DNA from: a virus
Taxonomy: Duplodnaviria > Caudoviricetes
Direction: 5' to 3' (one strand)
IMG/VR virus record: IMGVR_UViG_3300046003_002580
Location: 1-58,258 of that record
Length of the DNA: 58,258 bases
Under the pieces are notes generated by a model. It was given only the letters and a program-made list of their open reading frames with translations. It did not search any database and had not been told where the DNA came from. Position numbers and translations under genes: made by a program. Shown here one piece after another: positions 18,924 through 27,909 of the stretch (positions are counted from its first letter, which is position 1; the number at the start of each line of letters is the position of its first letter).

Positions 18924-19499
18924 TTATTTCTTGAACTTGTTTACTCGTTCCTTAATAAGTTTAACCACTACGTCACTGAGCACAACCTCATAGTGGTTAT
19001 AATCTACTTCTACTAATTCCATATCATCATGATGTTTTTGACTGGCAATAGTCACAACACCGTCATTGGGTTCATGCATAAATGCACTTTGTCCCTTTAC
19101 AGTAACGATGTTAGTCCAAGGATGCTGGATCTTAATCTTACTGGCCTGCTTCATAACCCAACTGCTGGGACCAATGTCACGCATTAGTCTGCTGAATGGT
19201 AAAAAGTATTGAGCATAGTCCGCCACTTCAGCCCCACCATATGGAGTGCTCAATGTTACAGCACCCTTAATACTCATGGGCATTGTATTGGCTAGATGCA
19301 AACTGTAGATACCGCCTAAACTATGTGCAACAAACACTATGTCCTTATGGGCTTGTAGTGTAGACTGCATATCTTTTAGGTTGTTTTCAAACCCATTGCG
19401 ACTGTCGTAGTTGATATCTACTCCGTCTCCTAATTTACTTCTGATATAGTTGAAGCTTTCGCTGGTGGCATTGGCACCGTGTATATAAACTAAGTTCAT
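18924..19499 (-). CDS. Alpha/beta hydrolase (esterase/lipase-like)
   Basis: IHG oxyanion motif, AHSLGG elbow, NDGVV, NH. Confidence 0.85.
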   Translation of the reverse strand: MNLVYIHGANATSESFNYIRSKLGDGVDINYDSRNGFENNLKDMQSTLQAHKDIVFVAHSLGGIYSLHLANTMPMSIKGAVTLSTPYGGAEVADYAQYFLPFSRLMRDIGPSSWVMKQASKIKIQHPWTNIVTVKGQSAFMHEPNDGVVTIASQKHHDDMELVEVDYNHYEVVLSDVVVKLIKERVNKFKK

Positions 19500-19528
19500 A
19501 GTGTATATATCTCTTGCGGTGCAACAAT

Positions 19529-19648
19529 TTACTTGGTCATTAGGGCTTTGGCTTCAGCATACATTCCTGCTCTAGCCAGTGCTGAAGCAGCACGGGCTTG
19601 TCCCATACTAGTGCTGATACTGTACAATAAATTTAATAGTTTTTTCAT
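19529..19648 (-). CDS. Small 39-aa Ala-rich protein (not in the ORF track)
   Basis: MKKLLNLLYSISTSMGQARAASALARAGMYAEAKALMTK; SD AAGGA; ATGA-coupled. Confidence 0.55.
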   Translation of the reverse strand: MKKLLNLLYSISTSMGQARAASALARAGMYAEAKALMTK

Positions 19649-19821
19649 AGATATTTTTCCTTTTGAGAATTAAATTGTCGGATGTAATTTTCCAACTGTG
19701 CGGCATCGGTAATGCCTTTGGTTGCTAGATACGCATCTAGACTTGATTGATAACTGCTACCCGGAAACATTTCACTTAAACGTTCTAGGATAGACTGCAT
19801 CTTTTCTGATAGATATTTCAT
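19645..19821 (-). CDS. 58-aa DUF3563-like protein (not in the ORF track)
   Basis: SD GAGGA; DAYLA...DAAQLENYIRQF resembles DUF3563. Confidence 0.55.
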   Translation of the reverse strand: MKYLSEKMQSILERLSEMFPGSSYQSSLDAYLATKGITDAAQLENYIRQFNSQKEKYL

Positions 19822-19910
19822 TTTGTATTTCCTCTGTATGTGTGTAGAGACTTATGGTTTCTACTGAGTATTTAGTTATTGTATGCTGCGACTGCACAAA
19901 AAGCAAGAGA

Positions 19911-19939
19911 TTGACATTCAAATTAAAGTTAGTTACAAT
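19911..19939 (+). promoter_or_regulatory. sigma70 promoter TTGACA-17-TACAAT
   Basis: Consensus match. Confidence 0.65.
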
Positions 19940-19979
19940 TAGATGTAATTTGAAGTAAATATAGTATAGGAATTTTTTA

Positions 19980-20264
19980 ATGAAACTTCGCACTAGATCG
20001 ATTCTGCAGGAACTTAATGAAATCGCTGAAGTACGCAATACAGACAGCTTGATTGAAAGCCGCGCCACCAACATTATCAATTCTGCTATTAATCTGCTTG
20101 AGAGCATACACAAGCATTACGATGCTGAAAGTGCAGACGAGCTAGAACGCCGTCTTATCAATGCAATCAAAGGGCAAGACCCTGCCAAATTTACTCGGGG
20201 AGTACGCAGATTGGCAGAATCTCGCAAACAGAAAAGAAAATTAGATGAATCAAATGACAACTGA
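19980..20264 (+). CDS. Hypothetical phage protein
   Basis: SD AGGA; TAAATA upstream. Confidence 0.7.
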   Translation: MKLRTRSILQELNEIAEVRNTDSLIESRATNIINSAINLLESIHKHYDAESADELERRLINAIKGQDPAKFTRGVRRLAESRKQKRKLDESNDN

Positions 20265-20562
20265 AATTGAAAACAAGCAGACACTGTTAGCCAGCATTGC
20301 CCGAGCTAGAGATCTAGAATTAGTAGAAAGCTGGGAAGACACTGATCAAAGAGCCAAAGAGTATCTTGGACAAACTGCGGTAGCTAAGGATTTGGCCACA
20401 GTTGAAAGCATTGTGAGCTTTATTAAAAAACTGCCTCGTTACGAAGAATTAGTTGAATCTGCTAGACTAGCAGGACTTGACTTACCTAGAGCAGATACCA
20501 TCGAAACCTATCAACCAGGCACAATTGGTTGGATGCGTAGACTGATCAATTTGGTTGCATAA
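20254..20562 (+). CDS. Hypothetical protein
   Basis: Coupled ORF. Confidence 0.55.
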   Translation: MTTEIENKQTLLASIARARDLELVESWEDTDQRAKEYLGQTAVAKDLATVESIVSFIKKLPRYEELVESARLAGLDLPRADTIETYQPGTIGWMRRLINLVA

Positions 20563-20604
20563 CCGTCAAAAAACTAGTCAAACCCCACGATTTTTTGTCT
20601 CCAA

Positions 20605-20612
20605 TATAAATA
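20605..20612 (+). promoter_or_regulatory. T4-like late promoter TATAAATA (core TAAATA recurs before many genes, e.g. near 12323, 14257, 21128, 22460, 25474, 27886, 34389, 44575, 50574, 51804, 53371)
   Basis: Motif recurs in nearly every short intergenic gap of the late region. Confidence 0.75.
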
Positions 20613-20658
20613 CTATGCCGGCCTCTGAGCGAGGTCATTGATTAAAGGAGAACATATC

Positions 20659-21051
20659 ATGGCAGATCTATCAGCAGTTTATCAAACATACAGCAATGCA
20701 GGTGCAGGTATTGCAGCGTCTTACCTACCAGCAAACAGAAAAACAATCAACGGACAAGGTATTGCAGGACGCACACGTATTATCAATCTTGCAAACACAA
20801 ATATGACACAAGCAGAACTAGATGCAGCAATCCTGTTTCTACAAACAGGCGGTACAGCAGGCACCAACGACGCACACGTAGTTGTGGGTGTTAGTTGCCT
20901 AACAGAATCAGGTGTATTCACACCAGGAACAACTGACAATGTACAAGTTGCAATCCAAGGCACAGGCGCATTTACCGCTGCCGCTGACTTTGGCGGTGTT
21001 ACTGATACAACATCATCACTATTAGCTGACTTCGCTGGTTTACAGGCTTAA
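20659..21051 (+). CDS. Putative structural (head decoration-like) protein
   Basis: TATAAATA promoter, strong SD AAAGGAG, own terminator, Ala/Gly/Thr-rich. Confidence 0.55.
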   Translation: MADLSAVYQTYSNAGAGIAASYLPANRKTINGQGIAGRTRIINLANTNMTQAELDAAILFLQTGGTAGTNDAHVVVGVSCLTESGVFTPGTTDNVQVAIQGTGAFTAAADFGGVTDTTSSLLADFAGLQA

Positions 21052-21081
21052 TAGTTTTTAATTCTCAGGGATGGGAAGACT

Positions 21082-21106
21082 AAGCACCCTTCGGGGTGCT
21101 TTTTTA
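21082..21106 (+). terminator. Intrinsic terminator
   Basis: AAGCACCC-TTCG-GGGTGCTT followed by a T run. Confidence 0.9.
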
Positions 21107-21143
21107 CGGCTGTCTAGTCTATCGGTGTAAATAGTAGCATATT

Positions 21144-21548
21144 ATGGCACGATTCCAAATTATAACTCTAGTAGACATCACTCAGACCAATCCACACAGG
21201 TCGGAAACAGATCAACACCTATTATCACAACAGGCCAACTTCAACAGTCTCATCCAGGCCATCGGACTTAGAGCCAACGTTGTTTGGGTAAGCCGACCTA
21301 AAGAACGAAACGGAGCCCTACCAAAAGGCCTAGACGGCAAAGCGGTATACTGGACATGGACATTTGATGTTGAGCGTGACGATGTGTTTCTTAGAGACGG
21401 AGATTCAGTGGCACTGTTGGTTGATGATCTCAATGGGGTTCCGGTCATACCCAACCTAAACAATTCTGTAGAACTAGATCCTGCTTGTTTCATCAGCAAA
21501 GGCACAAATGCCAATATTTGGGTCTATGAAATTGGCGAAGATGAATAA
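21144..21548 (+). CDS. Hypothetical phage protein
   Basis: TLVDIT...QQANF...IGLRAN; TAAATA upstream. Confidence 0.7.
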   Translation: MARFQIITLVDITQTNPHRSETDQHLLSQQANFNSLIQAIGLRANVVWVSRPKERNGALPKGLDGKAVYWTWTFDVERDDVFLRDGDSVALLVDDLNGVPVIPNLNNSVELDPACFISKGTNANIWVYEIGEDE

Positions 21549-21646
21549 ATAAAACATATAGGCATATCACCATTAGGCATTTCAGAACACTTAGGCACAT
21601 GGCTCAAATCGAGCACTTGACTTAACATAAAAGGAAACTAGCCTAC

Positions 21647-21994
21647 ATGGCCACAAAAGAAGCGGTAGCACAACTGGCTGCATTACCTGAACGGGTAGCT
21701 GTAGTTGAGATTAAAGTAGAAGCAATTAACGAAAAACTTTCTGACATCAAAAGTGATGTCAAGGAGATGCACGACTGCCTAGATAACACCCGTGATCTAC
21801 TTGCTGACAAACTAAAAGAAATGGCAGAAGCTTCTAACAGTCAACATGCAGAACTTGCTAGTAAGATTGGTGACCTAGAAAAAGTCAAAAATAAATGGCA
21901 ACAATATGTCATGATACTATTGGCATTTGGAGCCGGTACTGGATGGTTAGGGCATGTGAATGCCGCACAAATACTCAAGTTCATAGGACTGTAA
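21647..21994 (+). CDS. Coiled-coil protein with C-terminal TM helix (holin/XhlA-like candidate)
   Basis: ERVAVVEIKVE heptads followed by a hydrophobic tail. Confidence 0.55.
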   Translation: MATKEAVAQLAALPERVAVVEIKVEAINEKLSDIKSDVKEMHDCLDNTRDLLADKLKEMAEASNSQHAELASKIGDLEKVKNKWQQYVMILLAFGAGTGWLGHVNAAQILKFIGL

Positions 21995-22033
21995 ACTACG
22001 AACACTTAAATAAGGACCATAGGTCCTTTTTTT

Positions 22034-22459
22034 ATGACAGACATCCGTAGACAACTTGATCAAGTTGTCAGCAATACCCTAGCGCAACATATAATTCCTG
22101 TAAAAACCGCAGAAGGAATTCTTGTAGGCTCAGTATTGATTGTCAGCGAAGGTGCTGTTAAACATATATCCAGAAATGGAGAATATCTTTACAAAAACAT
22201 CAGCCTAAATGCAGTGGCAGTCAAGTTAGCCAACCTGCTGGCCCGACACAGATCAAGCATACTCGCAGATAGAATATACCGAGCAGATCAAGAATATGCT
22301 AAATGGTTCACTGACAGTCAACTACTGCTGAAAAAACATCACTCCGCAGCTAAAAACAAAGAATACGATCGTGCCGATACCCTATGGGCTAAGTACATAG
22401 AGAGCAAGGATCGTACTGTATCAGCCAAAAATGCTGTAACGGGTTTAACTTTATTCTGA
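22034..22459 (+). CDS. Hypothetical protein
   Basis: ORF in the late region. Confidence 0.65.
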   Translation: MTDIRRQLDQVVSNTLAQHIIPVKTAEGILVGSVLIVSEGAVKHISRNGEYLYKNISLNAVAVKLANLLARHRSSILADRIYRADQEYAKWFTDSQLLLKKHHSAAKNKEYDRADTLWAKYIESKDRTVSAKNAVTGLTLF

Positions 22460-22490
22460 ATAAATAGTATATCAATCTGGATCCCCTATA

Positions 22491-24059
22491 ATGAGAACAA
22501 CAGACCTTTTTAACTTTAATAGATCTTCTAAAAGATTAAATGAATCTTTGCACAAGACCTTTGGTACAAGAATCAACTTTGAATCGTTTGATACTCCAAA
22601 GCTGGAAGATGCTCGCAACAAGCTACGCACTCAAATTCATACTGCTCGTACAGCCAGCGGATTCAATGAAACTGTAGAAAACGAAACATTGACCAAGGCA
22701 CAGTTCATGCACGATGCTATTGTTGCTGAACTAATGGATCGTCAAGAACACATTGTTGATACCACTATACCAGAAGGATTTGGATCAATTGAAGAAGAAG
22801 TCGCAAAAATAATGAAACAGTTCGACGAGGACATGCTTGAGATTGACGGCTACGGTATGCCGGACGAAGACAAGATTGTTGAGCTATTGAAACAAGGTGA
22901 TGTAGAAGGTGCGTTAGATTATGTGTACGGTTCCTATGCTGATCGAGACGGCGGTGAGCTTCGAGACATGGACAACTATATCGAAGATTTAGAAGACCAA
23001 TTCAAAGACCTTGCACAGGGCGGTGACACCGATGATGAAGGTGGTGATACTGATGACGGTTATGCATTAGCCAGTGCAGGATTTGGATCAGATGAAGACT
23101 ACGGTGATTTTCCTGAAAGCATTACAATGGAACGCGATAGAGATCCAGAAGATTGGGATGAAGGTAACACTGAACCTCCAAACAATTTCGCAGTCAGCAT
23201 CAACGGCAAGCAGTGGAAAGTATTCAAAGGTCGTGGCCGTTACGCTGAAGATCGAAGAGAACAACAGCATTTTCAAATGCTTAAAGACTGGGCTCGAAAA
23301 AAATCAGAAGCCACAGGTAAGAGGTGGGAAGTTTCCGTAACTGGGGCACCTGCCACTGAAAGCATTCAAACAGAATTAAGTACAAACACTTTGAAGTCTT
23401 ATCAAGACAAAGCAGGCAAAGAAATCGTCCACACAATGACTTCCGGCGATTATATGACCACAGACAAGAGTGCAAAGAAAGTTATGAATCGTATGAAAGG
23501 CAGTGAAAAAGCTGACAATAAGATTTACAAAAAAGAGAATGAAAGCATAGAACAACCAGGAGATGATATGCGTAATCTAAGAGAAGGTGAGATCCAGCAG
23601 GCCAGCGCGATCGTCACAGCAAAAACAATGGTTGACCGTGTTGGTCGCTGGATTGAAGAACTAAGCGGTATGGAGAACGAAACTCTATTACAGCTAGGAG
23701 ATAGTATCCGTGACGAAATGGGTCAAGAGCAAGCTAAGGCTTTTATTGAAGCCGTTGCTCCTGCTATCCAAGCAGCACTAGACAATCTAAAACAAACACG
23801 CGACACACTGTCAACCGGTGTTCGTAGTCTAGCCAGTGGCGAGCCACCAGAAGGCATGTTAGGTGCCGAGCCAGAGATGGGTGGTGAAATGGGCATGGAC
23901 ATGGCAGGTCCTGACACAATGAATGAGCCAGAAATGGGTGCCGAAGAAGATCCATTCGCAGCAGCTGAGCCAGGCGCTGGCGGCATGGAAACCACAGGCC
24001 GTGAACAACGCGAAAGCATTGATCGCCAAAGCCGCTTGATGAAGATCCTAGCAGGATGA
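22491..24059 (+). CDS. Large acidic protein, putative prohead core/scaffold
   Basis: Very acidic, many LxE/ES sites like T4 gp21 cleavage sites; late promoter. Confidence 0.5.
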   Translation: MRTTDLFNFNRSSKRLNESLHKTFGTRINFESFDTPKLEDARNKLRTQIHTARTASGFNETVENETLTKAQFMHDAIVAELMDRQEHIVDTTIPEGFGSIEEEVAKIMKQFDEDMLEIDGYGMPDEDKIVELLKQGDVEGALDYVYGSYADRDGGELRDMDNYIEDLEDQFKDLAQGGDTDDEGGDTDDGYALASAGFGSDEDYGDFPESITMERDRDPEDWDEGNTEPPNNFAVSINGKQWKVFKGRGRYAEDRREQQHFQMLKDWARKKSEATGKRWEVSVTGAPATESIQTELSTNTLKSYQDKAGKEIVHTMTSGDYMTTDKSAKKVMNRMKGSEKADNKIYKKENESIEQPGDDMRNLREGEIQQASAIVTAKTMVDRVGRWIEELSGMENETLLQLGDSIRDEMGQEQAKAFIEAVAPAIQAALDNLKQTRDTLSTGVRSLASGEPPEGMLGAEPEMGGEMGMDMAGPDTMNEPEMGAEEDPFAAAEPGAGGMETTGREQRESIDRQSRLMKILAG

Positions 24060-24358
24060 AAATTACAGAGTTTACCAGAGACCGTCAGGTTATTGAACTT
24101 GGCGCCCCTGGCGCAGTAGCCGGCGCTATGGCCAGTGCAGTACAAGGTGCCGCTGGCGGCGGCGCTCCTGCTGCTCCGGGAGCACCTGCTCCAGCACCTA
24201 CTATGGGTGGCGGTGCACAGGATCCACAGCAGCTACAGAAAATGGCTGCTGCCAGTGCTATGCAAATGGCCGAACGTAAAAAACAAATCCAAGACGATAT
24301 CAAAGCTAAACAACAAGAGATCCAAGATCTACAAAAAGAATTGGCCACAATAAAATGA
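24056..24358 (+). CDS. Hypothetical protein (Ala/Pro linker plus coiled coil)
   Basis: ATGA-coupled; N-terminus MKITEF. Confidence 0.65.
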   Translation: MKITEFTRDRQVIELGAPGAVAGAMASAVQGAAGGGAPAAPGAPAPAPTMGGGAQDPQQLQKMAAASAMQMAERKKQIQDDIKAKQQEIQDLQKELATIK

Positions 24359-24714
24359 GATTTTTTGAATTCGCAGGTGACGATGAAGGTGATAGATTCA
24401 TTATGGTTCTTCGTAACTATATTGGTCGAGCCGCATCAAAGAAAGCTCCAAGTAAATTAAATTGGGGTGGACTAAACAAGGTGTTGTCAACCAGCGGATT
24501 TGAATTGACTGCCGATTACGAAACTTTCAAAAGCATGTACGACTCAAGTCCTGCACTACAGGCCATGGTTAAAAACTTCAACGACGATGGCATTGAACTC
24601 AAAGTGCCAGGCGCACCAGATGAAAAGAATTCTCCTGGCACACAAGACAGCCAGGCAGCAGTGGACCAAATGGCCGCTACCGCAGCCCCACAACAATTAG
24701 CCGCTCAGGCTTGA
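24355..24714 (+). CDS. Hypothetical protein
   Basis: ATGA-coupled; N-terminus MRFFEF. Confidence 0.7.
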   Translation: MRFFEFAGDDEGDRFIMVLRNYIGRAASKKAPSKLNWGGLNKVLSTSGFELTADYETFKSMYDSSPALQAMVKNFNDDGIELKVPGAPDEKNSPGTQDSQAAVDQMAATAAPQQLAAQA

Positions 24715-24748
24715 CAAACTAATATCTTTACTGTAATATATACAGTAT

Positions 24749-25471
24749 ATGAATATTACACCTCCTCCATTTATTGAGCGTTTCCAATATAAAGGCTGCG
24801 TTCAAGTCAACGACCCAGTTACGCGAAAGCGTGTCTATCAAACTCCAGACGGAGAAACTCTACCATCAGTGACAACTATTCTTAGTGCTACTAAGGATAT
24901 GACGCACCTGAACGAATGGAAGAATCGTATTGGGCATGCCAAGGCACAGCAGATTACCACAGAAGCCGCAGGCGTAGGTACTGCCATGCACAGTAACCTA
25001 GAGCGTTTTATTGCCGGCATACAAAGACAGCCAGGCAACAATCCTGTTCATGTGCAGGCCAATCAAATGGCTGATGTTATCATCAACAACGGACTTAGCA
25101 AGGTAAATGAAGTATGGGCTATGGAACAGAGTTTATACTTTCCTGGACTGTATTCAGGTACCACTGACCTAGTAGGTGTCTATGACGGCGAACCAGCTGT
25201 TATGGACTACAAACAGACCAACAAGCCCAAGAAAGCAGAATGGGTGGAAGATTACTATCTACAACTGGTAGCCTATATATTAGCACATAATGAAGTCTAC
25301 GGCACAAATATCCGTCGTGGCATTGTGTTCATGTGCAGTCGTGCTTTTGAATATCAACAGTTTGAAGTAAAGCCTGAAGATTTCAACAAGTATCAAGACA
25401 TGTGGTTAAACAAAGTTGAAGAATACTATACAACGGGCCTTCAAGGGTACAAGCAACTGCTAACCCAATAA
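24749..25471 (+). CDS. PD-(D/E)XK exonuclease
   Basis: PSVTTIL, GTAMH, E...YSGTTDLVG...DYKQ, QLVAY; TTGACA promoter at 24711. Confidence 0.88.
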   Translation: MNITPPPFIERFQYKGCVQVNDPVTRKRVYQTPDGETLPSVTTILSATKDMTHLNEWKNRIGHAKAQQITTEAAGVGTAMHSNLERFIAGIQRQPGNNPVHVQANQMADVIINNGLSKVNEVWAMEQSLYFPGLYSGTTDLVGVYDGEPAVMDYKQTNKPKKAEWVEDYYLQLVAYILAHNEVYGTNIRRGIVFMCSRAFEYQQFEVKPEDFNKYQDMWLNKVEEYYTTGLQGYKQLLTQ

Positions 25472-25500
25472 GATAAATACCCTATAACGGGAATTTATCT

Positions 25501-27459
25501 ATGGCTGTCGTACAGATATCAAAAATACAACAAAGACGCGGGCAAAAACTACTAAGTGGTATGCCGCAACTCAGCTCTGCTGAACTAGCATGGGCTGTAG
25601 ATACACAAGAATTATTCATCGGAAACGGATCTGTCGCTGAAGGTGCTCCTTATGTGGGCAACACTAAGGTTCTTACAGAACACGATAATATTCTAGAACT
25701 TATCGGCAGCTATAAATTTGCTGAGACTGACCTTAGCATTACTGCCAGTATCTTTAGATCCCTACAGTCTAAGCTAGACGAGATACAGGTCAGCGTTATA
25801 GACTTTGGTCCTCAACCAGATCCAAGCACAAATCATACACCTCATTTTACAACAGCATTTACACAGTTATTTCAAAATGCCAACACACGTTATAGAAAAG
25901 TATTGACGATTCCTAATGGTCATTACTATTTTACCAGTACTCTAAGAATTCCTAGCAATGTTATTCTTCGTGGAGAAACACAAGACGGTGTTATATTAGA
26001 CATTGGCGCAAACGCCATTGAGTTCTTGTCTGCCGCGGGTACCGATGTTCTAGGCCCGTTCACCAGCACTGACCATCCAATAAATGTTTCTATCAGCAAT
26101 TTAACAATACAGTATACCACAGGCGGTATGGATATCACCGGCCTAAAAGATTCTAGGTTTGAATCTGTAAAATGGAAATCAACTTATACTCTAGGTGATA
26201 CTGTGTCGTCCCCTGTCCTAGCATCTCAGAGTTATGATTTATCAGCTATTGCTAACACTGGTAACATTAGAATTGCTGGTACAGGATTGACTTCTAGCCC
26301 ACTGATCCAAGTTTTTACCAGCGACACTGTTACCACAGTTGAAGCTATTGTAACAGCACTAAATCTAGATACCACATTTGACAATAACTTTGTAGCCAGT
26401 CGTGTTGCTGAGTCATTGATTATTACGGCAACCACAGTCAGCGGATTATTAGCTGCTGACATTGAAACATATTTCACTATCACTGTTACTCCAACTAGTA
26501 TTCTAACTCCGTTCGAAGTTGATCCTGTGCCTACACAAGCCAGCTCAGGTATCAACAATACTAACTCTGCTCTATCGTGGGTCAATAGCAATTTTGGAAC
26601 TCGTACAACTGGTATTGAATTTATTGATTGTGAATTTGATTCTTTAGCATTGGCCATAAAGTGTATTCACAATCACGGAGAAAGTGATGTATTTGATACC
26701 GAGCTAACCTTTGATAGTTGCCGTTTCTTTGTGTGTGATACAGCAGTATATGTTGAAGGAGTGGTTGATCGACAAGGACATTTATGGACCTTTAACGATT
26801 GCCGATTTGAAGAAATTGCCAAGCAGGCATTCTTCTCTACCTTTGGTACAGGCACATTGATTAAAGACAGTGAATTTAAAAATGTAGGCAACGGCGTAAA
26901 CGGTGCTGCATATCCAGAAACTGAAATGGTTAGATTCAGTACAAAGTTTGGTAATGTAGTAGAAAATTGCCGCAGTGATCGTCATCAAAGTGCAGGCATT
27001 ACTCTTGTTGACACTAAAGCAGGTGTTCCTGAAGTTTCCAATGCTGGTAGTGTTTCGTTCAATAATGATTACTATTCGGCAATCTATCTTAGCGACACAT
27101 TTGCACCACTGTCTGTGTTTTCAGTATTAAGTAGATATATTATTGTTGACTACACTTTGACCATTGGAGAATACAACTACAATAGAAAAGGGCAGTTGAC
27201 AATTGTTGTACGAGACGGTGTAGAGAATACCAGCGATCATGTAGCCATCGCTGATAACTATACCTACTCCAGCAGTTTAATAACCGATCCAGGAGGCGAT
27301 ATGATTACCAGTTTTGAATTTAACGCAGAGTTAAAAGACAATGACAATAATACAGGAGATTCTACACAGAGTGTAGATACCATATTGTTATCGTATAAGA
27401 ATCCTAATCGTTTCCTAGCCACAGGAACTATTTCTTACAATATTCGATACGGTGTCTAA
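25501..27459 (+). CDS. Virion structural protein (tail fibre/spike-like, pectin-lyase beta-helix)
   Basis: N-terminal IQQRRG...ELAWAVDTQELFIGNG; IPNGHY...LRIPSNVILRGE beta-helix start. Confidence 0.7.
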   Translation: MAVVQISKIQQRRGQKLLSGMPQLSSAELAWAVDTQELFIGNGSVAEGAPYVGNTKVLTEHDNILELIGSYKFAETDLSITASIFRSLQSKLDEIQVSVIDFGPQPDPSTNHTPHFTTAFTQLFQNANTRYRKVLTIPNGHYYFTSTLRIPSNVILRGETQDGVILDIGANAIEFLSAAGTDVLGPFTSTDHPINVSISNLTIQYTTGGMDITGLKDSRFESVKWKSTYTLGDTVSSPVLASQSYDLSAIANTGNIRIAGTGLTSSPLIQVFTSDTVTTVEAIVTALNLDTTFDNNFVASRVAESLIITATTVSGLLAADIETYFTITVTPTSILTPFEVDPVPTQASSGINNTNSALSWVNSNFGTRTTGIEFIDCEFDSLALAIKCIHNHGESDVFDTELTFDSCRFFVCDTAVYVEGVVDRQGHLWTFNDCRFEEIAKQAFFSTFGTGTLIKDSEFKNVGNGVNGAAYPETEMVRFSTKFGNVVENCRSDRHQSAGITLVDTKAGVPEVSNAGSVSFNNDYYSAIYLSDTFAPLSVFSVLSRYIIVDYTLTIGEYNYNRKGQLTIVVRDGVENTSDHVAIADNYTYSSSLITDPGGDMITSFEFNAELKDNDNNTGDSTQSVDTILLSYKNPNRFLATGTISYNIRYGV

Positions 27460-27462
27460 ACT

Positions 27463-27888
27463 ATGTTTAATCTCTACGGCAACGAGAGATTGATAGAATG
27501 GAAAAAGTTCAGAGACAGTTTAGAATTATGCAGTGATCCGTTAACTCGTGTAGCTGAACTTTGGGCCACCGCCCCATTTGTTAATCCCTATCTCGATTCA
27601 AAAAATCCCAATGAATGGCCCGATCCTTGGCATTTAGTACTGGACGGTACGCTAGATGAGCTTGCAATCTCACTTGGCATGCTGTATACTATTAAATTAA
27701 CACAACGGTTTATGGACTCCAATTGTGAGATACATAAGTCTATGTTGCCAAATAATTTAGAACCCAGTTTTTATCTAGTTGTTGACCAACAGCATGTGAT
27801 GAACTATGAACCAAGAATAGTACACGGTATTAGTGTGCTAGACAAAGTTCAAACCAACACTTTATGGCGCTGTGATCAGCGACTATAA
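27463..27888 (+). CDS. Hypothetical phage protein
   Basis: WKKFR...WPDPWHL. Confidence 0.7.
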   Translation: MFNLYGNERLIEWKKFRDSLELCSDPLTRVAELWATAPFVNPYLDSKNPNEWPDPWHLVLDGTLDELAISLGMLYTIKLTQRFMDSNCEIHKSMLPNNLEPSFYLVVDQQHVMNYEPRIVHGISVLDKVQTNTLWRCDQRL

Positions 27889-27909
27889 ATATCAAACTAA
27901 AATAAAGAC

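Noticed and set aside
24729-24747. LexA/SOS box TACTGTAATATATACAGTA over the exonuclease promoter
   Set aside because: Spacing is CTG-N9-CAG, one short of the required N10; it may still be another operator
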